DNA from: Octopus sinensis
Lineage: Eukaryota
Assembly (NCBI RefSeq): GCF_006345805.1
Contig: NC_043005.1
Span: forward strand, 29,078,001 to 29,142,000
DNA length: 64,000 nucleotides
Reading direction: 5' to 3'
Shown: positions 49,041 to 61,843 of the stretch, piece after piece
How the letters are laid out: every line of letters starts with the position of its first letter
Numbering within the stretch: the stretch's first letter is position 1
Position numbers and translations under genes: made by a program
The notes under the pieces: model-generated
What the model was told of the DNA's origin: nothing
What the model saw: only the letters and a program-made list of their open reading frames with translations
The model's database searches: none

Positions 49041-50010
49041 TTCAACCCAATCCTTGAATTTCAAAAGAGTATTACTGGTACTTATTTTCACATTCTCAGA
49101 GAAATAAAAGGTTGAAGTCAAATCCCTGGGTTAATTTCAGTCTGGAATCGTGAGATGCTGAACTGAATTTCGTTATAACAACTAATTTTTTTCTTCTTCA
49201 AATAAGTATATCAGATACATTTCTCTTTATGCGATGTTTACCAACAACAATATCGACGAAACATCCCGTTACGACAGAATAAAGGATTGCGATGATGGTG
49301 ATGAGGATGGTGAAATGGTTGGTTATCATACTATATGAAAAGAGATGAAATTTTCTTAAAACCTTTATTTCGGGTCCAATTCTAATTTAGCCAGACACAA
49401 AGGCAGGTGTCGCTGATTAAATATATTCTAGTAATATATTACGTTTAATTAAAGCAATTACAACGGCATCAAAAAAAAAATATCGGTCTCCTACCTTAGT
49501 CAATTGATATATGTATGGGACTTTGACGAGATAACTTCTATTAGCAGGTGTGACAGGCCGTAATGACATAATTGGTCAAAGTTTCAATGCCGACAGGACA
49601 TCATCTGATCTTTGATGTAATAAACCAGCAAAGACAGTGTGCAACAGCAGCGATTTTACATGTTAGATGCATATAATTATGTTGTATGTCTTACATCACC
49701 ATCACAAGCAGCATCAACGTAACCACACACTTGTAGTAATTTGACAATGTTCCTACCTCCTACTTCGATGTTGTTATATGGAAAGACAAGCCAAGTAGAT
49801 TTGTACAGAAATTACTGAGGTGGGTGGCAACAACTTCACACACATATACACTAGATATTTACTGAGTGTATATAAAATAATAAATAGCAAATAGCGTTTA
49901 TGGATGTTTTGGAACAATGCCAAACAATGTACTAACACAAAACAACAATCTGTAAACTATCTCAAGGCTGTCACAAGCGTGCGTATGTATGTATACATGC
50001 ATGTATTTGT

Positions 50011-50061
<51 letters not shown>

Positions 50062-50271
50062 CACAAATAGTGGAAGCAGCTAATTGTGATGACTGGGATG
50101 CAGTTTTTAAGATAAAAATAACCGGCAAACATTATCCAGTGGGTGTAATAATACCCTAAACATGTTTAGGGCCACTAAAGCAGCTTCCAGCATATATGTA
50201 TATGTATACAGATTATATATATGTATGTATATAAATATATTTAATATACATATGTGTGTGTATATATTAAA

Positions 50272-50520
50272 TCTATTATATAAAATCCGTTCTGACTGTC
50301 TGTGTGTCTTCTAGGATCCCGGGCATCCTCCATCCGGTTGCGCTCAAATTTGATATGTAGATACCGACGGTATCAGGGCGTGTATAAGTCTTGAAAAAAT
50401 TACAAAAATCGATTCCAGGTGAGAATGCGATCGATAAAGCCGTGGAAACGTGCATTTGTATGCGCAAGTACATCAGCTGTTGCGATCGATACTACGCGCA
50501 CGCGAGAAAAATGCACGGTG
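50272..50520 (+). mobile_element. Helitron-like element, 5' part
   Basis: TCTATTATATAAAA..CTGTCTGTGTG start resembling the 15.25 kb element; no 3' hairpin or CTAG found. Confidence 0.45.
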
Positions 50521-50658
50521 TCTTAAATTTAGGTTAAATCAGTGTTTCTCAAAGGGGAGGCCTATGGGACGGTCGGACAAGTTGTTTTGAGAAAATTTGG
50601 TTTAAATGTTTGACAACTCGGCACCATCCTTTGGACGGGGGGGGGGGGCGTTTTGCTC

Positions 50659-50701
<43 letters not shown>

Positions 50702-50894
50702 TATAAAATACTTAAGCATATATATGTGTTATATGTATATATGTAATACATATATGTATAAATGTGTGTGTGTATGTGTGTATAGATATGGGGGGGGACA
50801 ACTAATGGCACAGTTTCTATGAGAGTGACACTAATTTACAACTACCATCATACAATGTCAAGATATGGAGGCAGATACACATACGTGTGTGTGT

Positions 50895-52325
50895 TATCAT
50901 CATCATTCAACATCTGTTTTCCATGCTGGTATAGGTTGGATGGTTTAACAGGAGCTGACCAGCTGAAGGGCTGTTCAGGCTTCATGTCTGTTTTAGCATG
51001 GTTTGTACGGCTGGATGCCCTTCCTAACACCAACCACTTTACAGAGTGTACTGGGTGCTTCTACACAGCACTGGCACAGACGCTTTGTACATAGCACCAG
51101 CACCTTCGAGCCTGCAAGATTAGGGATGTTCAGCTGGAGAGGGTTGTAAGGGACAAGCCTGTATGCAAAGTCAACCATGCTTTTGCTTTGAATGACCAAT
51201 GTTTTCAAGCAGAGTAAACCACCAAGAATCCCAGTCCCCTGTCATCCCCTCTGTAAGTCCCAACATTTGTAGATCCTTTCTCACCACTTCGTTCCATGTC
51301 TTCCTGAGCCTACCCCTTCCACATGCTCCCTCTACAATTAGAGATCAGCACTTCTTGATGCAACTGTCTTCATTCATACACATTACATGACCCTACAAGC
51401 ACAGTCTTCTTTCTTGTATATTGCATCAGATGCCCTCTATACCCAGTTTTTCACTCAAGTCACTTACATCCTGTCGTATATGCACACTGACATTACCCAT
51501 CCAGCAAAGCATACTGGTTTCATTTCTTTCAAATCTTCACACATCTTCAGTAGTCACAGCCCATGTCTCACTGACATGCAGCATAGCTGTCTGTACACAG
51601 GCATCATACAAACTGCCTCTCACTCTGAGGGAGACACTCTTCATTACTAACAGATGTAGTAACTCTCTGAACTTCGCCCAGCCTATTCTTATTCTAGCAG
51701 CTGTGCTTTCAGAACCACCCCACCCCTACTAACTTGGTCACTTAAGTAATGGAAACTGTCTGCTACTTCTGGGGATCCCCGCCTGGCATATGGAGGAGTC
51801 TATTTTTTGTACATTCCTGGTGTTTAACGTACCTGTACATCTGCCACATGTAAAGACTAAATTCTCTGTTAGTCATCCAGTGATACTGTTGCACCTCCTG
51901 TATGTCCATAGCTTGCACCAAGTACATCTTATGGAGTTTCTCCCTACACCTTTTCTATATATCGAGCAGGGCCTTCTCCCTGAATGTATCTGCAATTTGT
52001 CTGTTTTCCTACTTATCAATACTTTGGTCTTTACTAAATTAACTCTTAAGGTCCTCTGGTTCCAGACCTTGCTTCCATACCTAAAGTTTCTTCTCTAATT
52101 CTGGTAATGATTCAGCAATAAGAACAAGGTCATCAGCATAGAGGAGCTCCTAGGGGCAGCCAGTCTTAAATTCCTCGGTTACAGCTTGGAGGACCATGAT
52201 AAATAAGAGGGAGCTAAGAACTGACCCCTGGTGGACACCTGCTTGAATGCTAAACTCCTTGCTATACTCAATGGCAACTCTCACCTTACTAACAGCATCC
52301 CTGTACATGGCTTGGATAGTTCTCA
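50895..52325 (-). mobile_element. Decayed RTE-clade LINE, 3' 1.4 kb with (ATG)n tail
   Basis: GVHQGSVLSSLLF, ELLYADDLV, PHD-like Cys cluster, LRWYGHV-type C-terminus; several stops. Confidence 0.88.
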
Positions 52326-52479
52326 CTATATAACACACACACACAAACACACACGACAAGCTTCTTTCAGTTTTCCTTTACCACTTCCATTTACAAGGCT
52401 TAATTGTCCTGAGACTATAGAACACACTTGTGAAAGGTGCCACACAGTGGGACCTCACAGCCATGTCTATATGTACATA

Positions 52480-52670
52480 GTGAGAATTTACAAAACAAAA
52501 ACAAACAAAAGACAAAGATGGATGTGTAAACAACAAACAGATGTATTTAACGCTCGGGAGGTGAGAAAGTCTTTTACGTTTCGAGCCTATGCTCTTCGAC
52601 AGAAAGGAACACAGAAATAAACAGGAAGAGAAAATAGAAAAAGGTTTGGTGGCTAGCAATCTATCATGGT
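52480..52670 (-). mobile_element. Penelope-like non-autonomous element with hammerhead-like fold
   Basis: CTTT-CTGTCGA-A-GAGC(atag)GCTC-GAAA-CG-TA/AAAG at 52571-52606; homologous copy at 19745-19930. Confidence 0.55.
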
Positions 52671-52815
52671 GAAAATATACACACACACACATATATACAT
52701 ACATACATATTGTATAAATATTCCATATAAATATATACTTATTATATATCTATATATGTAGAAAACAAAGCATGAAAGATTGTTTATAAGATATTTAGTT
52801 ACACCAACTTAACAC

Positions 52816-53060
52816 AAGGTGATAATTACAATATGCAAATTACATAATCAAGATTTGTAAAATCATCAGATTTTATGCGTATCATTATTGCATTGTCAAC
52901 ATGACATTATGGAGATGGCTAGCAAGAGTTACTAACCTTCTGCATGATGGTAAATTTCTGTAATCTTTCCAATGCAATAATGTTATGTATAAAAGTTACA
53001 TGTCTCTGATGATCTCACAATGTCTTATATAATTTGCATTATGTAATTACCAATTACCTT
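52816..53060. mobile_element. Older degenerate fold-back element
   Basis: taattacaatatgcaaattacata...cattattgcattg versus caatgcaataatg...tataatttgcattatgtaatta. Confidence 0.55.
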
Positions 53061-53106
53061 ATGTTAATGAAATATATGTAAGATGACAAAACTAAACACC
53101 TTTTAT

Positions 53107-53394
53107 GTAAAGATTGTTTGCCAACATAACATGGCAGTTCTGGTTTAGGACAAATGTTGCCAGAAGACATGATCTGTGTCCTGATATTTTTGAACAAAGG
53201 AATCTAGCACCCCCACTCAGCGATACACAGATATTGTTTTGAGCTTAGTGGGGGTGCTAGATTTCCTTGTTTGAAAACATAAGGACACAGATTGTGTCGT
53301 ATAGCCAGCTGGAGACGATGTCTCCTGGGGATAAATTACAGCAACATTCGTCCAAAACCAGGACTGCCATGTTATGTTGGTAAACAATCTTTAC
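53107..53394. mobile_element. Fold-back MITE (outer ~54-bp TIR plus inner ~50-bp inverted repeat)
   Basis: gtaaagattgtttgccaacataacatggcag / ctgccatgttatgttggtaaacaatctttac; inner ctagcacccccact / agtgggggtgctag. Confidence 0.8.
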
Positions 53395-53582
53395 TCCAAA
53401 GTACTGTTGCTGAATATCTCTTGTGAAATTTAAAAATAATAATTTTCTAAACATCTTTTATGTTTTATTTTATCTACAGATACTCTGTTTAACACTCAAA
53501 CCTTGGTTTCATAACAAGGGATACAATTACAATGCATGAACGGAAATACACAAGAATTTCTAAATATTTTTCTGCACTGGAT

Positions 53583-54320
53583 AAAAGGTTAACAGGGAAA
53601 ATAATCTTTGTGTGTGGCAGTTGTACAGGAACAATAGACACAAGAAACGTAGAGAAAATAGACTCTGTCAAATGCCAGGTGGGATACTTAGAAGTGGTTG
53701 ATAGCTTCCATTAACTGGATGACCAAGTCAGCAGTGGAGGTGGATGCTCTCAGAGCATGACTGCAAGAATAAGAATAGGTTGGGTAAAGTGCAGAGAGTA
53801 TCTACCATTGTTGATAAGAAAGGGCCTCTCCTTCAGAGGGAAAGGCAGATTGTATGATGCCAGTGTGCAAACAATCATGTGCAAGAGAAGACTGCGCTGG
53901 TATGGTCATGTGATGTGTATGGACAAGGACAGCTGTGCAAAGTGGTGATCCCTAATTGTGGAGGGAACCTGTAAAAGAGGTAGATCCAAGAAGATATAGG
54001 AGGAGGTGGTGAAGCATGATCTTCAGATAGTGGGGGTGTCTAACGTAGGCGATGACAAACAATTGAGACCTTTGGCTGTTTGCTGTGCTTGTGAAGATTT
54101 CGCTGGCCAAGTGAAATCATAGCTGTGGCTGGTGCCAGTGTCACATAAGAGGTACCCACTACACCCTTGGGGTGGTAGCCATTTGGAAGGGCATCCAGCA
54201 GCAGGAATCAAGCCAAAATCAGACTGGAGCTTGATACAGCTCTCCAGTTTACTAGTTCCAGTCAAAACTATCTAAGCCATGCTAGCATAGAAAACAGATG
54301 CTAAATGATGATGATGATGA
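53583..54320 (+). mobile_element. RTE LINE 3' fragment with internal deletion and tail
   Basis: RLTGKIIFVCGSC, RIRIGWVKCRE, RRLRWYGHV; ends in (ATG)n at about 54305-54320. Confidence 0.82.
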
Positions 54321-55192
54321 TAAGTGTATGTATACACACACACACACCTTGATAAATGCTGAGCTTTGCCCCACCTCCATTCCCACTGCCCTGTCAAGCT
54401 TTTCCCCTAGATCTCATTCCTTAACACTCATCACTTCTGTTTCTGCTATTATTTGGCTACCATAATCACCTGTCATCAGAATAGGTGCATATAACATCTG
54501 CTCCCCACTTCCAATCCTTGTTATCTTCATTCATCCATGCTTCCTCCTCTCCATCCTTAACACCCCTCAAAAATCTAACATAACCCTCCCTCAGCCACTC
54601 CTGTATTTCCCACCATCGATTACTATATTCACCTCTATCCCATCTGACCATCTCTCCTCACATTCTCATGAAAGTTTCCCCTCTTCCCACTCACCCAGTC
54701 CAATCCTTCGCATCACTTCACCTATATTCATGCCCCACTCTACATCCATCACCACCTCTCTCTCACTCTCTTCATCTCTATATTCCTAATTAAGTCTCAT
54801 TCTCTCCCTTCTTCTCCAACTTGGGTATCTTTGTATCTCTTTTACAGTAAGATACCTACCTCTATTCCTGTTAGCCTCTCATCAACTGGCACAACGCCAC
54901 CTCCCTCAATATTACTCCCCACCCAACAACCCAAGTTGAAGGGACTTTGTCTCACAAGTTACTTGGTGACCCTATGGTGCTATGCCACATAAAAATCACC
55001 TGGTACACTGTAAAGTAGCTGGCATAAGGAAGAGCATCTAGCTATTGAAATCATGCCAAAACAGGCAATAGGGTTCAGTGCAGTCCTCATGCTTACCAGC
55101 TTTTGTCAAACTGTCCACCCCATGCCAGCATGGAAAATGGATGCTAAATGATGATGATGATGATGACACACGCAAACATATACATAGGTATC

Positions 55193-55760
55193 ATCATCAT
55201 CGTTTAATGTCAGCTTTCCATGCCGGCATGTGTTGGACGGTTTGACTGAGGACTGGTGAGCCAGAAGGCTGCACCAGGCTCAATCTAATCTGGCAAAGTT
55301 TCTACAGCTGGATGCTCTCCCTAATGCCAACCACTCTGAGTGTAGTGGGTGCTTTTACATGTTACCGGCATGGGAGCCAGTTAAGCAGTTCTGGCAATGA
55401 CCACACTCAAAAGGTGTTTTTATGTGCTACCTGTACAGGAGCCAGTCTAGCGGCACTGGCAATGACCATGCTTGAATGTTGTTTTTCACGTGCCGGTAAG
55501 GTAACAATGGCAATGATCACACTCGAATGGTGTTTTTTACATGCCACCAGCATGGGAACCAATCCGTGGCCCTGGCAACAATCACACTTGGATGTGCTTT
55601 TAACGTTCCACTGGCACAAGTGCCAATCAGGCGGTACTGTCATCGGCCACGTCAGCGATTTTGATTTGATTTCACTTACCTCAATAGGTCTTCGCAAGTA
55701 AAGTTTATTGTCCAATGATTGAGGGGTACTCATAAGTAGGCTGGTTACACCCCACGTTCG
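55193..55760 (-). mobile_element. Family B RTE-tailed element
   Basis: Same tail and VNTR; further copies at 56431-56660, 57510-57910, 58492-58860 and 21165-21340. Confidence 0.75.
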
Positions 55761-55790
55761 GATGTGCTTTTAACGTTCCATACACATACA

Positions 55791-56430
55791 CGAGGGGAAG
55801 TCAAAAATTATCTGCACTTTTGCTATAACACATCTTTATTATTATCACACTGCCTTCTGTTCATGAATGCTTATAGTTGGTACTATTGTGGTCACATGAT
55901 TGAAGTTTGAGCCTGATCATGCCGTTTCCCTTTCTGGTTTTACAGTGTAAGCATGGCCACTCCACTAGGAATCTGAAAGATGGTAATGGGGAACTGGTTT
56001 ACCATTACCATCTCTTAAGCTTGCTGAATTTTCTCATCAGTGGTGGTGGTTGATGTGTGTCCTGCTCCCTCTTCATGCATCATGCTTGTCCAGCTACTTT
56101 TAAACTTCTCGATCCATTCATACACACTTCTATGCAATAGCGCACTGTCCCCGTATTGTGCTAAAACCCTCCGATGAATTTCAGCACCTGACACACTTTC
56201 CGACCAGAGAAATCGGATCGCTGCTCTTTGTTCTTCTTCTTTGGTGCACATTGCTAGTGGAGCAGCCGTGCTTACACTGTAAAACCAGAAAGAAAGATGG
56301 CATGATCAGGCTCAAACTTCGATCACATGATCACAATAGTACCAACTATAAGCACATGTGCGGAGAAGGCAGTATGACAATTATAAAGGTATGTTATGGT
56401 GAAAGTGCAAATAATTTTGACTTCCCCTCA
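55791..56430 (-). mobile_element. Non-autonomous mariner derivative with ~177-bp inverted arms and a transposase HTH remnant
   Basis: Ends CGAGGGGAAGTCAAAAATTAT / ATAATTTTGACTTCCCCTC; ORF 56015..56251 QRAAIRFL...AEIHRR...YGD...SVYEWIEKFK. Confidence 0.88.
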
Positions 56431-58914
56431 TCATCAGTTAATGTCCGTTTTCCATGCTAGCATGGGTTGGACGGTTCGACCGGGGTCTGGTAAGCCATGG
56501 AGGTTGCACCAGGCTCCAGTCTGATTTGGCAGTGTTTCTACAGCCGGATGCCCTTTCTAACGCCAACCACTCCGTGAGTGTAGTGGGTGTTTTTTACGTG
56601 CCACTGGCACAGGAGCCAGCGCAGGCTGGCAAACGGCCACAATCGGTTGGTGCTTTTACGTAAATGATATTATTATTTTAACTTCCACTATTCCATGCTT
56701 GCATGGGTCAGACAAAATGTGTGTGTGTGTGAGAGAGACTGCCTCCTTGCCTTGACATTGTGTGATAGTTGTAATTGAGTGTCACTGTAATGCAGTGTCT
56801 TTCATTTCCAATATTCTGTGTAAACATGTCTGGTCAAGGGGGGAAATATTAGCTTACATGGAAACAAGTGAAGGTTGGTGACAGGAAGGGCATCCAGCCA
56901 TAGAAAATTCACCTCAACTAATTCCATCTGACCCAGGCAACCTTAGAAAAGTGGATATGAAAATGATAATGATGATATATGATGATCATTAAATGTCCCT
57001 TATCTATGCTGGCATGTGCTGGATGGTTCAACAAGATCTGATGAGCCAGAGGACTTAGACTGAGTTCCAATGTCTGCTTTGGAATAGGTTCTTTAGCTGG
57101 ATGCCCTTCCTAACACCAGCCACTTTACAGAATGTACCGGATGCTTTTTTCCTGGCACCAGTACTAGTGAGCTTACCAAATAATTTGGAAGGCAAAGAGA
57201 TATCCATGACTTAATGATGATATAGTAGATGGAGAAGTGGATTTATGTTTGGTGTTGAGAGGCTAAAGAATGATAGAGGGCAGGGAATAGGTTTCTTGCT
57301 TCATGGAAGATGTATGGCTAACCTATATTATATAAGTAGGGGAGTGGCTGGAAAAAGGGATAACAAAGATGGTGATAAGCTGCCAAGGTATACATTAACA
57401 GTATAAGAACAGGGCTGGTCCAACAAGAGGCCTGCAGACTTTTATCTTGCAGTCCGCTTGTTACTTTCTTGAAATGAGTTTATTTAAACAAATATTTTTA
57501 AAATTCTATCAAATCTGGCAAAGTTTCTACAGCTAGATGCCCTTCCTAATGCCAACCACTCAGAGTGTAGTGGATACTTTTACATGCTACCGGAATGATG
57601 ATCAGTCAGGAGGTACTGGCAACGACCATGCACAAAAAGTGTTTTCTACGTGCCACCTGCATGGGAGCCAGTCAGTAGCCCTGGCAATGAACACGCTCAG
57701 ATGGTGCTTTTAATGTTCCACTGGCACGAGTGGCAATCAAGCGGTACTGTCATCGGCCACATCAGTGATTTTGATTTCGCTTGCCTCAACAGGTCTTCGC
57801 AAGCAAAGTTTATTGTCCAATGAATGAGAGATACTCATAAGTGGGTTGGTTATACACCACTGGCATAGGCCATGGGTTATGGTCTCACTTGGCTTGTCGG
57901 GTCTTCTCAGCTGAGCTGTTTGGCATTACTTGAGAATCTTGGTGCAAGTTTGCATGCCTTCTGATGGCGCTTATGATTTATCAGTGTCACCTGAAGATGT
58001 CTGAGCATGTGCCAAAAACTGAGTAAGAACAAATGGCTCAGCTACTAAATTATGCATTTGAGAGTGTAGATGCAGGCACGGCTGTAAGGTTAAGAAGTCT
58101 GCTTCTCAACCATGTGATTTTAGGTTCACTCTTACTGTGTAATACAACAAAAGCCTTGTGAAAGGATTTTATAGATCAAAACTGAAGACGTGTGTGTAGG
58201 CATCTTTTGTGCCTCCTCATCTTGACATCAAGCAATAGTTTTAAACAAGCTTCATCATATAAGTGGTCTCATTAGTTTCCAATATTCCATGAAACCATGT
58301 CTGGTCATGAGGAAATATTACCTTACTTGGAAACATGTGAAGCTTGGCAACAAAAGGGGGGGGGGCATCTGGCCATAGAAAATTTGCTTCAACCAATTCT
58401 GTCTAACCCTAACCCAAGAAATGCTGAATAATATGTGTGCTTAAAAAACATTTTATCCTTGGGGCATTTTCCCCTTAGACATGTTCATTATCATCACCAT
58501 CATTGTTTAACATCTGCTTTCCATGCTGGCATGGGTTGGATGGTTTGACTGAAACTGGTAAGCTAAGGGGGGGAGGGCAGTGCTGCATCAGGTTCCAACC
58601 TGATTTGGCAAGGTTTCTATGGCTGGATGTCCTTCCTAACGCCAACCACTCAAGGGTGTAGTGGGAGTTTACTTGCCATTAACCTGACACTGGCATCAGC
58701 CACGACTATGGTCTCACTTAGCTTGACAGATCAACACAAGCATGGTATATTGTTAAGAGTCTTGGTCACCTGTCATTACCTCCATGAGGCCCAACACTTG
58801 AACAGTGCTTTTTATGTGCCAGTCAGACAGCACTGGCATCAGCCACGACTACAATTTGTTGATATTCGTAATCAGTCAGCATCTTGATGTTACATTCCTT
58901 CTATTATGATATTA

Positions 58915-58974
58915 TACATATATATATATATATATATACACACACTCATACATACATATATGTACGTACTTACA

Positions 58975-59016
<42 letters not shown>
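58915..59016. repeat. (TA)n microsatellite
   Basis: Direct inspection; similar tracts at 3094, 5911 and 50660, (TG)n at 47797, (GA)n at 50027, (AAT)n at 38430. Confidence 0.9.
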
Positions 59017-59020
<4 letters not shown>

Positions 59021-59383
59021 TATGTGGGCACAGGACGTCATGAATGTGTACAACAAAAAGATACGAAGCACAAGTACATAGAATATGAACTATTCTTTCG
59101 AAAGACACAAATGGATAACAAAACAAACAACATAAAGAACGACCCTTCATTAGTTGTGGGCTGTTTTTCGACTTTCGTACTTCAAGCATTTAACAACAAG
59201 ATATTCTTTTGGTAAAACAGTTGTTCCCACAAAGCAAATTAAATAACTTTGGGATTTTGTGGAGGATCAGAATAGGTAACACAAACAGGACAATGAAAAC
59301 AAACAGGAAGGGCTGCTAAGCCTAAATGAGGTTGTGGTGGCGAACGTGTATCTGAGTGTATGTATGTGTATATAAATACATAT

Positions 59384-59430
<47 letters not shown>

Positions 59431-60199
59431 GTGTGTGCATACGTTTTTGTGCATATATATCTGTGTATGAGTGACAGAAATAAACATTGGAGATATTTTG
59501 TCCCCTGCAGAAACAGTTGGAACTCCTTAAAGACATAGCAAGCTCTTCTCCTGAGAGTAAATGCTTTGGACACATCATCATGGATCCAACTGTAGAAGGA
59601 ATTTCACAACAACTGGAGTCTAGACAGCTGACCGGCTGGCCAGTTCCATGTCAAACCGTCCAACCCATGCCAGCATGATGATTGCTCTGGCATGATTTCT
59701 ATGGCTGGATGTCATACCTACTGCCAACGGACTGTACTGGGTGCTTTTTTCATGAATTAGCACTAATAAGGTCATGAAATAACAAACAACACAAGTCCCC
59801 ATCAAGTGAGTGGCGGTTGTAGTAGTAGTAGTAGAGAGGCAGGTGGCTTTATGCTAAGGGTTGAGAAGATAAAAGTAGAATAGATGGGACAGGGTAAGTG
59901 TCTGGTTACACACACACATAACAGAGTATGCAGTGCAATTTATGCATTATTATAAACGGTTATGGTTATTATATATATAGTGCAAGTCTATAGAACTTGA
60001 AGATCTATTTTTATCTAACTAAAGGTTTTGGTTCATACCCGTGCCATATCATGGGACCACATGACCAATTAGACAGTGATAGACACAATGCACTTTGCAT
60101 CAATTTTAAACTTCAAATGATGCCACCCCACTGGTTAGGTGAGCAAGCCATGTGAAATGGAGTATTTTGTCCAAGAGCATAACATGACACCCAATCTTG

Positions 60200-60600
60200 G
60201 CGATACCTGCTCAGAGGCATATGCAAAGTTTTCAAAAAATTTTCCTTGTTCTTGACACAGTCAAGATCTTGTGCAACTGAAACCCAAGTGTCTTTTTGGT
60301 CAGTTGAAATCAGTTTTGGTACAAACTCAGCAGACACACATCTCGGACCTGAATCTTCAGTGATAATGGATTGAACTGAACTGTAACTAACCTGCACATC
60401 CTCTGATAACTCATGGATGGTGATTTGACAATTTCCCCTCACAGCTGCACGCACATCTGCACTGTTTTTCTCAGTCAACATTGTTATCTTTTTGGCCATC
60501 TTGGAAACATCTGAATCACTCATACACTCCTCTCCATTCACTTTCTACAACTTTGTATAGGCCTCTGAGCAGGTATCACCCTGGCAAACTTTTTCTGTCA
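60200..60600 (-). mobile_element. Mariner transposase fragment
   Basis: ITIHELSEDVQVSYSSVQSII...VSAEFVPKLI (second HTH and WVPHxL-like motif). Confidence 0.75.
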
Positions 60601-61486
60601 TGGTTAATGCAACAATGATACACTACACACCTTCCTTCCAAGCACTGCTATAAACAGCAGAAGTGAGCTAGAATGTTAGCACTTAGTGCATATGCACAGC
60701 AGAGTTCAAGGTCAATCTTTGCCAAGTGGCTTCACTCTGTGTGCTTTAGCTTCGTTACTATGGCAACAGTCCAGGTACTTGTAGATCAGATCTTGTACCC
60801 TAGCCATATCATCATTGTTTGATGATCCTTGACCATGTTGGGTTGGATGGTTTGACAGGAACTGATGGACCAGGGGACTGTAGCAAGCTGCAAGGTCAGC
60901 TTTGGTAGGGTTTCTATGGCTGCATGCCCTTCTTAACACCAACTGCTTTACAGTATTCTAGGGCCATTTACATGGTACTGGTACAAGTGAGGTCACCAGG
61001 TAACATGCAAGACAAGACCCCTCAACTGAAGGGGTGGGTTTCTGCCAGTGGTTAAAGTATAATAGAATAATAGAAATAGATGTCTTGCAGAAGAGATGGT
61101 GAAGAGGTGTCAGGGGGTTTCCCTCAAATTACAGGAATGTGAAAATAAGAGATATGGTCCAGAGGATTGGATGTGAAAATGTAGGTAAGATCATGAGAAT
61201 GAGAAAGGAGGGTGAGTTCAAAATAGATGGCCGGTGAATGACGAATGAATGTTTTACTGAATGATGTTTAGATACTTTTTCACCTTTTTGACAATGTAGA
61301 TCACTGTCATGTTCACTTGCAGACTTCTTAAAGCTGGTGCTGTGGAGGGATTAGGTAAATTACAAGTCACACACACATATATTTATATATATATATATAT
61401 ATATATTTAGATGAATATGGTACTTATGTTGAGGCACCGGAATTTAGAACGGTATTATCCATTCAATTTCAAAATAAGGTGATTAA

Positions 61487-61843
61487 AATCAAAATAAGCA
61501 ACAAGGATATCCTGAGGTAATGCAGTACGATCGTTTCATGAAACTCCATTTCATTTGTGGAGCAATCTTCAGCTGCACAAAGACATAGAATATAATTAAA
61601 TTAGAACAGATGGACACATTAGTATAATTTTACCTATAATCTCCAAGAAGTTAAGAAGATAGACAAAGAACATCTTGTAACTACAACAGTATAGTCGGAA
61701 CTTAAATTCTGTCTTTGTGCAGCTGAAGACTGGTCTACATTTTAAATTGATGTAATGATTGCATTATTCAATTAAATTAAATGGAGTTGCATGAAACGAT
61801 CGTACTGCATTACCTCTGGATATCCTTGTTGCTTATTTTGATT
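61487..61843. mobile_element. MITE with long TIRs
   Basis: aatcaaaataagcaacaaggatatcc..gaggtaatgcagtacgatcgtttcatg and its reverse complement at the right end; inner cagctgcacaaagaca / tgtctttgtgcagctg. Confidence 0.8.

Noticed and set aside
48483-49121. Cluster of 120-133 aa ORFs
   Set aside because: (TA)/(CA) microsatellite translations.
53479-53587. Strong + strand acceptor with short ORF MHERKYTRISKYFSALDKR
   Set aside because: All frames from the acceptor stop early, and the apparent donor is the edge of an RTE fragment.
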